From: an uncultured Actinomycetes bacterium
GTDB taxonomy: Bacteria > Actinomycetota > UBA4738 > HRBIN12
Reading direction: 5' to 3'
DNA length: 64,000 nt
Assembly: GCA_963797635.1 (NCBI GenBank)
Contig: CAWCPZ010000010.1
Coordinates: 204,909 to 268,908, forward strand
Positions 38,585 through 48,750 of this stretch are shown one piece after another. A program made the translations under genes and the position numbers. A model generated the notes under the pieces. It was not told where the DNA came from, did no database searches, and saw only the letters and a list, made by a program, of their open reading frames with translations. Position 1 is the stretch's first letter; each line of letters starts with the position of its first letter.

Positions 38585-39031
38585 ATGGTCGAGGTCCAGG
38601 TCATGCCCGCATCGGAACCACGCCGTATGGAACGGGAGGCGATGGCGATGGTCGGTGAGATGACCGCGGTACTGCAGGGCATGTTCGGTGCTCTCGACAA
38701 ATCCGATCCCGAGATGGCGCTTGCCTCGATCGGTGCCGATGCGCAGGGCATCGACGAGATCTCACGTCGATGGATGCGAGGGCCCGGTGAGGTCACCCGG
38801 TACGTCCGTGAACTCTTCGGCATCGCCGAGGACGTCCACTCCGAGATGCACGACGTGCACGAAGTCGACTGGGGCGAGACCGGCGTCGTCACCTTCTGGC
38901 TGGAACAGGACTACACGCTGGACGGCGACCGAGGACACGTGTCCGCGCCCACCACCGCGGTGCTGCGACGCGAGGGCGGGGCCTGGAAGCTGGCGTTGTT
39001 CCACTCCCTGCCCCTGCCGCCGGAGCCGTAG
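38585..39031 (+). CDS. nuclear transport factor 2 (NTF2-like/SnoaL/DUF4440) family protein
   Basis: Start at ATG 38585. The 5' part of the track ORF is antisense to the small membrane protein. Contains ...GADAQGIDEISRRWMRGPGEV...TFWLEQDYTLDGDRGHVSAPTTAVLRREGGAWKLALFHS, consistent with an alpha+beta cone. Confidence 0.55.
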   Translation: MVEVQVMPASEPRRMEREAMAMVGEMTAVLQGMFGALDKSDPEMALASIGADAQGIDEISRRWMRGPGEVTRYVRELFGIAEDVHSEMHDVHEVDWGETGVVTFWLEQDYTLDGDRGHVSAPTTAVLRREGGAWKLALFHSLPLPPEP

Positions 39032-39042
39032 ACACCGGCCGA

Positions 39043-39549
39043 TCAGGGAAGCGGGTCGAGATCCTCGGCCGGGTCGATCTGCCAGTGGTTGCAGTGCAGG
39101 GTCGTTCCGCGGAACTCGAACGCCTCCTGCCCGATCAGCGTGAAGCCGAGCGACCGGCAGATGCCGTTGGAGGGCGCGTTGGTGATGGCGGGGAAGGCGT
39201 GGATGGTGCCCCAGCGACCGTCCGCACGGGCGCGTTCCAGCAGCGCCGCCACCGAGCGCTTGCCAACGCCCTGGCCTTGGAACTCGGGCAGCACGCCCCA
39301 GCCGATCTCGCTGAACGGCGCGTCGTCGTCGTGACTCCAGATGCACACCGATCCCATGGCCTCGCCGTCGTCGGATTCGACCACGACGATCCACGAGGTG
39401 TCGGTGTTCACCGCGGCGACATCCTCCGCGAGCTTGCCCGGGATCTCCTCCCGTGGTTGCGGACCGCCGAGCTCGGTGTTCATGACCGGGTCGCAGCGCA
39501 GGCGCTCCCACAGCGCGAGGTCATCGGGTCCGACGTCCCGGAGCTTCAT
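39043..39549 (-). CDS. GNAT family N-acetyltransferase
   Basis: Acetyl-CoA site LPEFQGQGVGKRSVAALLERA. 168 aa. Confidence 0.75.
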   Translation of the reverse strand: MKLRDVGPDDLALWERLRCDPVMNTELGGPQPREEIPGKLAEDVAAVNTDTSWIVVVESDDGEAMGSVCIWSHDDDAPFSEIGWGVLPEFQGQGVGKRSVAALLERARADGRWGTIHAFPAITNAPSNGICRSLGFTLIGQEAFEFRGTTLHCNHWQIDPAEDLDPLP

Positions 39550-39589
39550 CCCAGCATCTTGCCACGGGCTCTGGCGGCGCAGGCCGTCG

Positions 39590-39976
39590 TCAGCGGCCGT
39601 TGATGTGCAGGATGTTGCCGTCCGGATCCTTGAACCACACGCCCTTGAAGCCGTCGGCGACGTGGACGTCTCCGTCCAGCGTGAGGCCCGGCAGGTCGTA
39701 GTGCTCGAACGTGACGCCCTTGGTGGTGAGGTCCTTGAAGATCGTGTCGAAGTCCTCGCCCACCGACCACGCCAGCGCGTTCGCCTGGTTCGTTCCGGCG
39801 TAGGCGGACTCGTAGACCATGATCGGGGTCTGCCCGCTGCGGTAGTTCACCATCCCGTCCTGGTCAGCCGCGTCGGCTACGAACCCCAGCGTTCCTTCGT
39901 AGAACGATCTCGCTGTGGTGACGTCCTTCACGGCGAGCATCGCCGTCGCATCCATCTCGTTCAGCATCCACATCAC
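39590..39976 (-). CDS. VOC family protein (glyoxalase-like)
   Basis: 128 aa, ...AVKDVTTARSFYEGTLGF..., with two beta-alpha-beta-beta-beta halves. Confidence 0.75.
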   Translation of the reverse strand: MMWMLNEMDATAMLAVKDVTTARSFYEGTLGFVADAADQDGMVNYRSGQTPIMVYESAYAGTNQANALAWSVGEDFDTIFKDLTTKGVTFEHYDLPGLTLDGDVHVADGFKGVWFKDPDGNILHINGR

Positions 39977-40085
39977 TCCTTCAACCCGTCGATACCCAGG
40001 ACCGCGTCATCCGAAGCGCGTCGTCCGTGGCTGGGAGTACGCTCGGGATCTCGTGGGTATCCACGGATCGAAGGGAGTGATCGAC

Positions 40086-40469
40086 ATGGGCAAGGTCGTG
40101 CATTTCGAGATCCCCACCGACGATCTCGAGCGGGCGAAGACCTTCTACGGATCGGTCTTCGGATGGCAGTTGCAGACGATGAACATGGGCGAAGAGGACT
40201 ACACGATCGCGATGACGGGCCCCGTCGACGAGAAGACCCAGCGCCCCACGGAGCCGGGTTCGATCAACGGCGGCATGACGCAGCGTGGCGGCTCGATCCC
40301 GGCGCCGGTCATCACGATCGAGGTCGACGCGATCGATGACTCGCTGAAGCAGATCGAAGCCGGAGGGGGCGGCGTCGTGCAAGCCCGCACCGAGATCCCG
40401 GGCATGGGCGCGTTCGCCTACTTCACGGACAGCGAGGGCAACGTCATGGGGTTGTGGGAGACCGTTTGA
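40086..40469 (+). CDS. VOC family protein (glyoxalase-like)
   Basis: Start at ATG 40086 (MGKVVHFEIPTDDLERAKTFYGSVFGWQL...GMGAFAYFTDSEGNVMGLWE). Confidence 0.75.
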   Translation: MGKVVHFEIPTDDLERAKTFYGSVFGWQLQTMNMGEEDYTIAMTGPVDEKTQRPTEPGSINGGMTQRGGSIPAPVITIEVDAIDDSLKQIEAGGGGVVQARTEIPGMGAFAYFTDSEGNVMGLWETV

Positions 40470-40542
40470 GGTCTCGCAGCCGCTGACACCGACTCCCAGC
40501 CGGCTCGCGAGCCGGCGCGGGGGAGTGGGAAGATACGCGGCC

Positions 40543-42469
40543 ATGGAGTCCGCGTTCGAAGCACCCACGGCCGAGCTGTTGCTGGACACGAAGACGCCGG
40601 CGGAGCTGGCGCTCTCGCCCGACGGATCGAAGCTGGCGTTCTCGTTGCACGCGACCGTCGCCGACGTCGGGTCCTATGTCCCGTGCGATCTCTACGTGGT
40701 GGATACCGGATCCGACGCCGACCCGGTGCAGCTCACCGACGGGGCGTTCGCCGACGTGCTGCCGGCCTGGTCGCCCGACGGTTCCCGGCTGGCGTTCCTG
40801 TCCGATCGCATCACGTCCGGGCATCAACTGCCGTACACGATGCCGGCCGGCGGTGGCGAACCGACGCTGGCGGCCACGCTCGACCGGTTCGGCCGAGAGC
40901 GTCGCGTGGTCGGGCGACGGGAACCGTCTCCTGGTGCTCGCCGCCGATCCCGGTTCCTACGGGCTGGACTGGGGAGCGCGTGCGGTCCGTGGCGCCGAGC
41001 CCGAGTCCGATCCGATCGTGCGGCGGCCGGGCGATGCGCGGCGCCGACTGTTCCTGATCGACCTCGGATCCGGAGACGTCACGGAGGTGGGTCCGCCCGA
41101 CCTCAGCATCTGGGAGGTGGACTGGGACGGCGATCACACCGCGGTGGCGGTCGTCGCCACCGATCACACGGGATCGGGCTGGTACCAGGGCGTGGTGGCG
41201 CGGCTCGATCTGCAGGCGCGCACCGCACACACGCTCTACGAGCCCGAGTGGCAGATGGAGGGGTTGGAACGCTCGCCCGACGGCACCCGTGCGCTGATCG
41301 TGGAGGGATACGCCAGCGACCATGGGCTGCTCGCCGGCAGCATCATGGTGATCGACGTCGCGACCGGCGAGACCTCCGATCCCTGGCCCGACCTGCAGTC
41401 GGTGGGCCTGGCGTCGTGGTGCGACGACGATTCGATCTGGTACGCGAGCACCGACGGCACCGGGAACGCCTGCGGCCGCATCTGGCTCGACGGCCGGCAG
41501 GAGGAACGCTGGCGCGACGACGCGTTCATCGGCGACGCCGTCACCACCCCGGCCTGCGTGATCAGCGAGGGTGCCGCCGACGTGTGGACCACCCACCAGG
41601 CGCACGCCACACCGCCCGAGCTCGCGCGGTTCGACCACGACACCGGTTCCTGGGTGCGCCGCACCTCGTTCAACGACCACATCGTGCGCGGGCGCGTGTT
41701 CCCCGACGCACGCACGATCCGGTGGATGGGCGAGGGCGACGTCGAGATCGAGGGCGTGTTGATGACGCCGCACGGCGCGGAGGGGCCGCTGCCGCTGATC
41801 GTCGGCGTCCACGGCGGTCCCACGTGGAACTGGGGGTCCTACTTCTCCGATTCCGAACCGAACGCGGTGCTGCTGGCCTCGGCGGGCTACGCGTGTCTGC
41901 TGCCGAACCCGCGCGGGAGCATCGGGCGCGGCCACGTCTTCAACCAGGGCGTGATCGGCGACGGGGGCGGGATCGACTTCCGCGACATCATGGCCGGGGT
42001 CGACCACGTGATCGCCGAGGGCATCGCCGACCCCGACCGGTTGGGTATCGCGGGCTTGTCCTACGGCGGCTACATGGCGGCGTGGGCGGTTGGCCAGACC
42101 GACCGGTTCGGCGCGAGCGTCGCGATGTCGGTGGTGTCGAACTACCTCTCGTTCCACCTCACCTCGGAGGTGTGGTGGTACGACCACGCGATCCTCGAGG
42201 GCGACTGGCACGACCCGGCGAGCCAGTACATGGACCGCTCACCGGTGACGCACGCACACAAGGGGTCGACACCCACGCTGATCCTGCAGGGTGCGATCGA
42301 CCGGTGCACCCCGGTGAGCCAGGCCGACGAGCTGTTCACCGCGATCGCCGAGACCGGCACCGAGGTCGAGCTGGTGGTCTACCCGCGCGAAGGCCACGTG
42401 CCGCTCGAACGCGGCCACGCCCTCGATGCGATCCGGCGAACGCAGGAGTGGTTCGACCGCCACCTGTAG
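40543..42469 (+). CDS. S9 family peptidase (prolyl oligopeptidase/dipeptidyl-peptidase-like: beta-propeller + alpha/beta hydrolase); frameshifted near 40890
   Basis: The N-terminal 115 aa (MESAFEAPTAELLLDTKTP...WSPDGSRLAFLSDR...) are in the frame of track ORF 40525. The remainder (SAESVAWSGDGNRLLVL...GLSYGGYMAAWAV...catalytic GxSxGG, D, H) is in the frame of track ORF 40676. One extra C near GACCGG. Confidence 0.75.
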
Positions 42470-42888
42470 TCGATCAGGTCGCGATCCGCGGCAGCGGGGC
42501 GTTCCTGCAGGACCCAGCCGTTGCCGTCGGGGTCGCTGAAGAACACCCATGAGTTCCACGGGCCACCCTTGCCGTCGGCGAGCCCGTCCTCCGTGAAGTG
42601 CTGGACCGGGCTGACGTCGACGCCGCGGCCGGCGAGTTCCTCGCGAGCGGCTTCGATGTCGTCCACGACCAGCTGCGGCCCCTGGAGCGAACCGGGTTCG
42701 GACCTGGTGATCCCCGTGCCCACCATGATCGAGCAGGCCGAACCCGGCGGCGTCAGCTGGACCACCCGGATGCTCTCCATCGGCGAGTCGTCGACATCGA
42801 CGACGAAGCCGAGCTGGTCGGCGTAGAACGCCTTGGCGCGGTCCACGTCGGTCACGGGCACGGGGAGCAACTCGAGCTTGTAGTCCAT
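42379..42888 (-). CDS. VOC family protein (paralog of 50603..51034); C-terminus possibly frameshifted
   Basis: Start at ATG 42888 (MDYKLELLPVPVTDVDRAKAFYADQLGF...). It is 27 aa longer than the paralog, with a non-conserved tail that overlaps the convergent peptidase gene. Confidence 0.65.
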   Translation of the reverse strand: MDYKLELLPVPVTDVDRAKAFYADQLGFVVDVDDSPMESIRVVQLTPPGSACSIMVGTGITRSEPGSLQGPQLVVDDIEAAREELAGRGVDVSPVQHFTEDGLADGKGGPWNSWVFFSDPDGNGWVLQERPAAADRDLIDYRWRSNHSCVRRIASRAWPRSSGTWPSRG

Positions 42889-42911
42889 GCGATGCGTCTC
42901 CTTCTCGTCGG

Positions 42912-43394
42912 TCAGGCTGCGGCGTCGGCCGCCTCCTCCAACACTTTGACCTCGATCTTCTGCATCTGCAGCATGGCCTGCATCGCCGCTTGCGAGCGAG
43001 CGGGGTTGGGGTCGCTCAGCAACTCGCCCATCCGCTCGGGGACGATCTGCCAGCTCAGACCGAACCGGTCCTTGAGCCATCCGCATTGACCCTCTTCGCC
43101 GCCGTCGGCGGTGAGCTGGGCCCAGAAGCGGTCGACCTCGTCCTGGTCCTTGCAGCTCACGTGGAACGACACCGCTTCGGTGAACGGGAACTGCGGCCCG
43201 CCGTTGATGGCCATGTACTCCTGACCGGCGAGCCGGAAGAACACCAGCGCCACGTTGTCGCCGCTGGGGGTGCCGTCGAGGCGCTCCACCCGCGTCACCT
43301 CGGCATCGTCGAAGAGCGACACGTAGAAGTTGGCGGCTTCCTCCGCCTGGGTGTCGAACCACAGGCATGGGGTGATCTTCTGCATCGGATCCAC
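42912..43394 (-). CDS. VOC family protein (PhnB-like / 3-demethylubiquinone-9 3-methyltransferase-domain type)
   Basis: Starts MDPMQKITPCLWFDTQAEEAANFYVSLF...; the ITPCLWF pattern is characteristic of PhnB-like proteins. Confidence 0.7.
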   Translation of the reverse strand: MDPMQKITPCLWFDTQAEEAANFYVSLFDDAEVTRVERLDGTPSGDNVALVFFRLAGQEYMAINGGPQFPFTEAVSFHVSCKDQDEVDRFWAQLTADGGEEGQCGWLKDRFGLSWQIVPERMGELLSDPNPARSQAAMQAMLQMQKIEVKVLEEAADAAA

Positions 43395-43426
43395 CTTTCT
43401 GTCGGTGCGAAGCGATCGTCGCTCCG

Positions 43427-43927
43427 CTACGAATCGTGGCGAGCCTTCAGGGACCCACCCTGCTTCTCGAGGAGTTCCTCCAGCTGGTCGTAGCCCTGGG
43501 ACATGCCGTCGGCCATCCCCGACTGCACCATCGCGTCGCGGGCTTCGACCGACTGGAACAGCGAGTTCGTGCGGACGATCGTCCGGCCGTCGCGCTCTTC
43601 GAGCACCATGGTGTCCAGCGAGACGTGGCCGGGTGCGCCCTCGAACTCGAACGTCTGCACGAAGCCGTCGGGCGAGGGGTCGTTGTGGAACACCCCGTGG
43701 AACCCGTAGGAGTTGCCGTCACCATCGCTGTGGATGTAGCGCCAACTGCCGCCGGCACGCGGCTCGAACCGCTCGATCGTCATCGTGTAGCCGCGCGGTC
43801 CCAGCCACTGCGCCAGCAGGTCGGCTTCCGTGAACGCCCGGAGGATCAGTTCGCGCGGTGCATCGAACTCCCGCTCGGTGAGGATCTGCGGAACGCCGGG
43901 TTCGGCGGTGACCTTGAGTTCGGTCAT
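43427..43927 (-). CDS. SRPBCC family protein (AHSA1 domain)
   Basis: Start at ATG 43927 (MTELKVTAEPGVPQILTEREFDAPRELILRAFTEADLLAQW...). Confidence 0.75.
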   Translation of the reverse strand: MTELKVTAEPGVPQILTEREFDAPRELILRAFTEADLLAQWLGPRGYTMTIERFEPRAGGSWRYIHSDGDGNSYGFHGVFHNDPSPDGFVQTFEFEGAPGHVSLDTMVLEERDGRTIVRTNSLFQSVEARDAMVQSGMADGMSQGYDQLEELLEKQGGSLKARHDS

Positions 43928-44319
43928 GACGTGCTCCTTCCTGTCGGATCGCTCCCCGGGTCGGGGTCGGGCGATCGGTCGGTGTCCTGCTCCTGCAGCG
44001 CCGCGAGGACCTCGTCGAGCCGCTCGTAGCGTTCTTCCCAGAACTCGCGGTAGGCAGTCAGCCACTCGGTGGCGTCCTGCAAGGGCTTGGCCCGCAGGTG
44101 GCTCAGGCGGGCGGTGGCGCGCCGGGTCCGGGTGATGAGGCCCGCGCGCTCGAGCACCTTGAGGTGGCGCGAGATCGCGGGCTGCGACATCTCGAACGGC
44201 GCCACCAGTTCGGCGACGGTGGCCTCGCCCTGCGTGAGGCGGGCCAGGATCGACCGACGCGTGGGGTCGGCCAGCGCCCCGAACACCGCATCGAGCTGAT
44301 CGTCCGTCGTCACCATCAT
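43924..44319 (-). CDS. ArsR/SmtB family transcriptional regulator
   Basis: Starts MMVTTDDQLDAVFGALADPTRRSILARLTQGEATVAELVAPFEMSQPAISRHLKVLERAGLI.... Its stop overlaps the AHSA1 start. Confidence 0.8.
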   Translation of the reverse strand: MMVTTDDQLDAVFGALADPTRRSILARLTQGEATVAELVAPFEMSQPAISRHLKVLERAGLITRTRRATARLSHLRAKPLQDATEWLTAYREFWEERYERLDEVLAALQEQDTDRSPDPDPGSDPTGRSTS

Positions 44320-44399
44320 GGATAACGTCTCCCTTATAGAACGACGATAGTTATACATGCCTGGACGGTGCTCCGTCAAGGCGTTTCGACATGGAGGCG

Positions 44400-45070
44400 T
44401 CAGGAGGGCTGCGGTTGCTCGCGATGCGTGACGTGGGCGATCAGCACCACGATGACGGTGACGATCCCGATCGGGATGCCGGTCATGACGAACCCGCCGA
44501 AGGGCACGCCCACCGGATGCAGCGACGCGAGGAGCGTGAGACGCCGAGCGTCGTTCGCGGCGTCGTAGCCCGCACCGCCCAGCGATTCCACGAACGAACC
44601 GAACGCGGCCAGCGCCAGCAACGTCAGCACCATGCCGCGGAACAACGCGATGCCCGAACCGGGAACCGGATGCCACCGGAACGCGAGCGCGGCGAACAGC
44701 GCCAGGCCGATCACGCCGGTGAGCAGATGGAACACGGCGTGTCCTCGCGCCTCACCGACGGCGACGAAGGCCGCGGCGACGAGCGCGGCGACGCCCAGGA
44801 CGGCGTCGATCGTGAACGCGATGCGCGCGAGCCGTTCGCCGCGAGCGGGGTCACGCGGACCGTCTCCCCGGCTCGCGGTTGCGGGTTCGTTCCAGGCCGA
44901 TCACCAGGAGCACGGCGCCGAGCCGCGAGCAACCCCAGCGTCGCCAGCGGGAACGAGGAGGACCCGGCGAGGGCCGTGGAGGCCCCGACCAGGAGGCATA
45001 CGCCTCCAGCCGCGATGAGGATCCGGTCCGATCGCATGCTTCGAGTGTGCGCGGGCAGGGCCTTCATCAC
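44400..45070 (-). CDS. hypothetical polytopic membrane protein; apparent frameshift near 44880 joins track ORFs 44711..45070 and 44400..44735
   Basis: N-terminal MMKALPAHTRSMRSDRILIAAGGVCLLVGASTALAGSSSFPLATLGLLAA (frame 1) continues in the next frame as ...GERLARIAFTIDAVLGVAALVAAAFVAVGEARGHAVFHLLTGVIGLALFAALAF... All hydrophobic helices; no known motif. Confidence 0.4.
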
Positions 45071-45208
45071 GATCGGGAGAACACCTCTCGTATCGGGGTG
45101 GAGGCACCACCCGCGACCCGTTCACCGAGTCGTCACACAACACCCCCTCCACAGAACTGCAGCAACGCGCTAGGTTGAAGATCTCGAGGGCACGGAAGGG
45201 GAACCCGC

Positions 45209-46066
45209 ATGGCACAGGCCACCGGAGCCAGCAAGCCCGACACCATCGTGATGGTCCACGGACTGTGGATGACCGGCCGGAGTTGGGAGCACTGGAAGGA
45301 GCGCTACGAGGCGCGCGGGTACACGGTCCACACCCCCGGCTGGCCGGGGTTCGACGTGGAGGTCGAAGCGTTGAACGCCGATCCCTCGCCGATGGACGAC
45401 CTCCACGCCGACGAGGTGATCGATTCGTACGAGGCGTTCATCAAGGGCCTGCCGACCTCGCCCATCATCATGGGCCACTCGCTCGGCGGCGCCGTGACGC
45501 AGGTCCTGCTGAACCGCGGCCTGGGCTGCGTCGGGGTCGGCGTCTCGGCTGCCACGGTGAAAGGCGTTCGCGATCTCCCGTTCTCCACGTTGAAGGCCGC
45601 CGCGCCGGCGCTGAACCCGTTCAAGCGAGGCAAGCCGGTGCCGCTCACCGAGAAGGAGTTCCACTACGCGTTCGCCAACACGACCACGATCGAGGAGTCG
45701 AACGAGTGGTACAAGCGCTACTGCGTCCCGGCGGCCACGGGCGTGCTCGCCGACATCGCGCTGGCCAACCTGCACCGGAACCCGCCCACCGAGGTCGACT
45801 TCGCGAAGGAAGGCCGCATCCCGTTGCTGTTCATCGGGTTCGGCGAGGACCACGTCGTGCCGCCCAAGGCCACGATGCACAACGAGCGCAAGTACGACGA
45901 CTCCGTCTCGATCACCGAGTACCACGAGTTCGAGGGCCGTCCCCACTTCCCTGGAGCCCAGGGGTGGGAGGAGGTCGCCGACTACGCGATCGATTGGGCC
46001 GAGCGGCACGCCGGGCTCACCGTGGCCGATCACGACGCCGCCGGCGACCCGACGACTACCGCATAG
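45209..46066 (+). CDS. alpha/beta hydrolase
   Basis: Starts MVHGLWMTGRSWEHW.... Nucleophile elbow GHSLGG. 285 aa. Confidence 0.75.
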   Translation: MAQATGASKPDTIVMVHGLWMTGRSWEHWKERYEARGYTVHTPGWPGFDVEVEALNADPSPMDDLHADEVIDSYEAFIKGLPTSPIIMGHSLGGAVTQVLLNRGLGCVGVGVSAATVKGVRDLPFSTLKAAAPALNPFKRGKPVPLTEKEFHYAFANTTTIEESNEWYKRYCVPAATGVLADIALANLHRNPPTEVDFAKEGRIPLLFIGFGEDHVVPPKATMHNERKYDDSVSITEYHEFEGRPHFPGAQGWEEVADYAIDWAERHAGLTVADHDAAGDPTTTA

Positions 46067-46116
46067 CGTTCATCGAAGCACCATCCGTTCGCCCGCATGA
46101 CCGGAAGGGGTTGGAC

Positions 46117-46512
46117 ATGGATGAGCACCCGAACGTCGCGATGGTGAGCGAGTTGATGGGCGCCATGGATCGGGGCGATGTCGCCTTCCTGGAGGACCAC
46201 ACCTCCGACGACATCGTGTGGCACACCGGCGGGAACAGTCGCGCCGCCGGCACGCGCCGAGGCAAGGACGAGGTTCGCCAGATGATGTCCGCGGTGACCG
46301 GCGACTCGATGAAGGTCCAGAACCACGCCATCCTCGGCGACGACGATCACGTCGTGGTGCTCGGTACCGCGAACGTCACGGCGCCCAGCGGCAAGAGCGC
46401 GGAATACAACTTCGTGAACGTGTTCCACGTCTCGGGCGGCAAGATCACCGAGGCCTGGGGCCTGGCCGAGAACGACGCGGTGACCGATCCCATCTGGGAC
46501 GAGTTCGCGTAG
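46117..46512 (+). CDS. nuclear transport factor 2 family protein (SnoaL-like)
   Basis: Start at ATG 46117 (MDEHPNVAMVSELMGAMDRGDVAFLEDHTSDDIVWHTGG...GGKITEAWGL). Confidence 0.65.
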   Translation: MDEHPNVAMVSELMGAMDRGDVAFLEDHTSDDIVWHTGGNSRAAGTRRGKDEVRQMMSAVTGDSMKVQNHAILGDDDHVVVLGTANVTAPSGKSAEYNFVNVFHVSGGKITEAWGLAENDAVTDPIWDEFA

Positions 46513-46600
46513 AACGCCGGTGGTATTGACCGGTTCAGCGTCGGAGGTGTAGTCCTTCATCTGGCTGCCCGCCGTAGCACCACGGAACGGAGGTTCAGCG

Positions 46601-46855
46601 ATGCCGGAGTTCATGGACGTGCACCGTGGCATGGAAGGGATCACGCCCGAAGGGCTGCTGGAGGCACACCGCGCCGACCTGGCGATCCAGGACGACGAGG
46701 CGTGCGTCTTCAAGCACGCGTGGGCCGATCCTGCGACCGGGCTCGTGTGGTGCCTGTCCGAAGCGCCGAACAAGGAAGCCGTCATGAAGATCCATGAGCG
46801 TGCCGGGCCACCCGACGGACGAGGTCTACCCGGTCCCCGTTCAGGCCTGATCGCG
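46601..46855 (+). CDS. SCO4226-family nickel-binding-like small protein (DUF4242); frameshifted near 46808
   Basis: Starts MPEFMDVHRGMEGITPEGLLEAHRADLAIQDDEACVFKHAWADPATGLVWCLSEAPNKEAVMKIHERAG. Removing one C in GGGCCACCC gives HPTDEVYPVPVQA and a stop at about 46855, which is the canonical C-terminus of this 85-aa family. Confidence 0.6.
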
Positions 46856-46863
46856 CGCCGGTA

Positions 46864-47061
46864 TCAGGTCTCGCGTTGGCTCGGTCGGCGCGGCGTGAAT
46901 TCGTCGCACGTGTCGCCGGCATGGATCACGCCGCGGACGAACCGACATCCACCCACCGACAGCCTGGGGAACATGAACTTGCACTCCGCGCACCGGACGG
47001 TGGGCTTGGGGGCCGGGCGGTAGTGGGCCGCCTCCTTCGAGAGACCTTGCACCTTCGGCAT
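46864..47061 (-). CDS. hypothetical small Cys-rich protein (CxxC...C...C, possible zinc ribbon)
   Basis: 65 aa, MPKVQGLSKEAAHYRPAPKPTVRCAECKFMFPRLSVGGCRFVRGVIHAGDTCDEF.... Lies 33 bp downstream of the serine hydrolase on the same strand. Coding status uncertain. Confidence 0.35.
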   Translation of the reverse strand: MPKVQGLSKEAAHYRPAPKPTVRCAECKFMFPRLSVGGCRFVRGVIHAGDTCDEFTPRRPSQRET

Positions 47062-47093
47062 CGGATCGCTCCTCCCCTCGAACGTGGTCGTCG

Positions 47094-48243
47094 CTAGGCC
47101 CTCGCCGAGCAGACCGCTCGTTCGAACACGTCACGAAGATCCACGAAGAGGTCCGGCAGCGTCGTCGGAGTGATCTGTCGGTTCACCGACACCACCGCCG
47201 AGCGACGCCCCGATCGGGTCGCCGCCATGAACTGCGTGAACCCGGACGTGTTCCCCGTGTGTCCGAACACGACCCCGCACCGCGTCCGGTACCGGAAGAC
47301 GGCGAGCCCGGCACGGTTCTGCCCGGGCCCCGTCGGTTCGGATCCGCCGTCGACGAAGGCGAACTGCGCCTGCTGGGTCGTCGCATCGAACAGCTGCCGG
47401 CCGATGTATCCGCGGATGAACCGGTTCTGGTCGAGTGGCGTGGACACGATGCCGCCGGAGGCCCACGACCAGCCGCTGGCGAGGAAGTTGGTCACGTCAT
47501 CCGGGGGATGATGGCCCTTCCACTGGTAGCCGTGCATGAACGGCGGTGGCATCGGAACACCTCGCGGAAGGGTGGTGTTCGCCAGTCCCAGCGGTCCGGT
47601 CACGAGGCGGGCCAGCAACTGCTCGTATCGCTCTCCCGTCGCGGCCTTGGCCATCAACCCGACCACGATGTTGTCGGAGTTCGAGTACTCGTAGGCACTG
47701 TCCGGCGGGAAGCGCAGGTCTTCATGCCTGAGATAGCTCAACAGCTTCCGGGGCGACGGGGCGTCGTGAGGGCTGGCGATGACCGCGTCGATGAAGGCCG
47801 TTGAATCCAGCACGTCGGGGATGCCGCTCGTGTGGTGGAGGGCCTGAGCCAACGTGACGGCGTGCCAGTCCGGGTTCGTCCAGGGAAGGAGCTCGCCGAC
47901 CGTGTCGTCGAGGGACATCACGCCCTCCTCGACCAGCGAAAGCGCCACGCCACCGCTGTACGCCTTGGCGGTGCTGGCGATCCGCATGTGCAACCACGGC
48001 CGCATGGGAGCGCCGGTCTTCAGGTTCGAGACACCGGCGCGGAACACGAGTCTGCGGTCGCCTCGTTGGACCACCGCGATCACGCCTGGCGGACCGTCGG
48101 GCCGAGCCACCAACGCGTCGATCCCCGCCTGCAATCGGTGGTCGGCGTAGTCACGCCCCGCCGAGGCCGAGGCAGGCGATGCGGTCGCGATGACACCGAC
48201 TGCGAGCGGCGATGATCAGGAGTGCGCGGGCGGGGGAACGCAT
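47094..48243 (-). CDS. serine hydrolase (beta-lactamase/D-Ala-D-Ala carboxypeptidase family) with a signal peptide; frameshift inside the signal peptide near 48190
   Basis: Mature region ...IASTAKAY... (SxxK), ...YSNSD..., ...HTGNTSG... (class C/PBP4-like motifs). The upstream frames give MRSPARALLIIA / LAVGVIATASPASASAGRDYADHRLQAGIDALV; one extra base separates them. Confidence 0.75.
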
Positions 48244-48295
48244 CTCGTCACTCTAGGAGCGGCGTTCAGCCACGGTCAAGGCGAGGCGGTCCCGC

Positions 48296-48721
48296 TCAGG
48301 CGGTGGCCGGTTCCATGAACATCCATCGATGCCCTTCGAGGTCGGCCGCGTTGTACAGGCGTCCGTACGGCTCGGTCTTCGGTTCGCGCAGGATCGTGGC
48401 GCCGGCCGCCCGAGCTCGCTCGCAGTGTGCGTCGACGTCGTCGACCGTGATGTGCACGCCGTTCACGATGAAGGGCACCTGCGACCAACGTGCTGCGTAG
48501 TCGCAGTGTTCCGCGTGGTGGGCAGGGCTCTCGTAGTCCTCGCCCGGCCATCCCAGGTAGACGAGCGCCCCGTCGAGTTCGATCTCGGCGTGCGAGACGC
48601 GACCGTCGTCGTCGGCGTATCGCTCACCGACCTCCCGGAACCCGAACGCGTCGCTCAGCCAGTCGACCGCTGCCGCGACATCCTCGTAGGACAACATCGG
48701 GATCGCTGCTCGCTCATTCAT
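48296..48721 (-). CDS. VOC family protein (glyoxalase-like)
   Basis: 141 aa, ...LSYEDVAAAVDWLSDAFGF...HITVDDVDAHCERARAAGATIL... Confidence 0.75.
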   Translation of the reverse strand: MNERAAIPMLSYEDVAAAVDWLSDAFGFREVGERYADDDGRVSHAEIELDGALVYLGWPGEDYESPAHHAEHCDYAARWSQVPFIVNGVHITVDDVDAHCERARAAGATILREPKTEPYGRLYNAADLEGHRWMFMEPATA

Positions 48722-48750
48722 GAAGGCACCGTACTCCGATGGCCTCGCGT

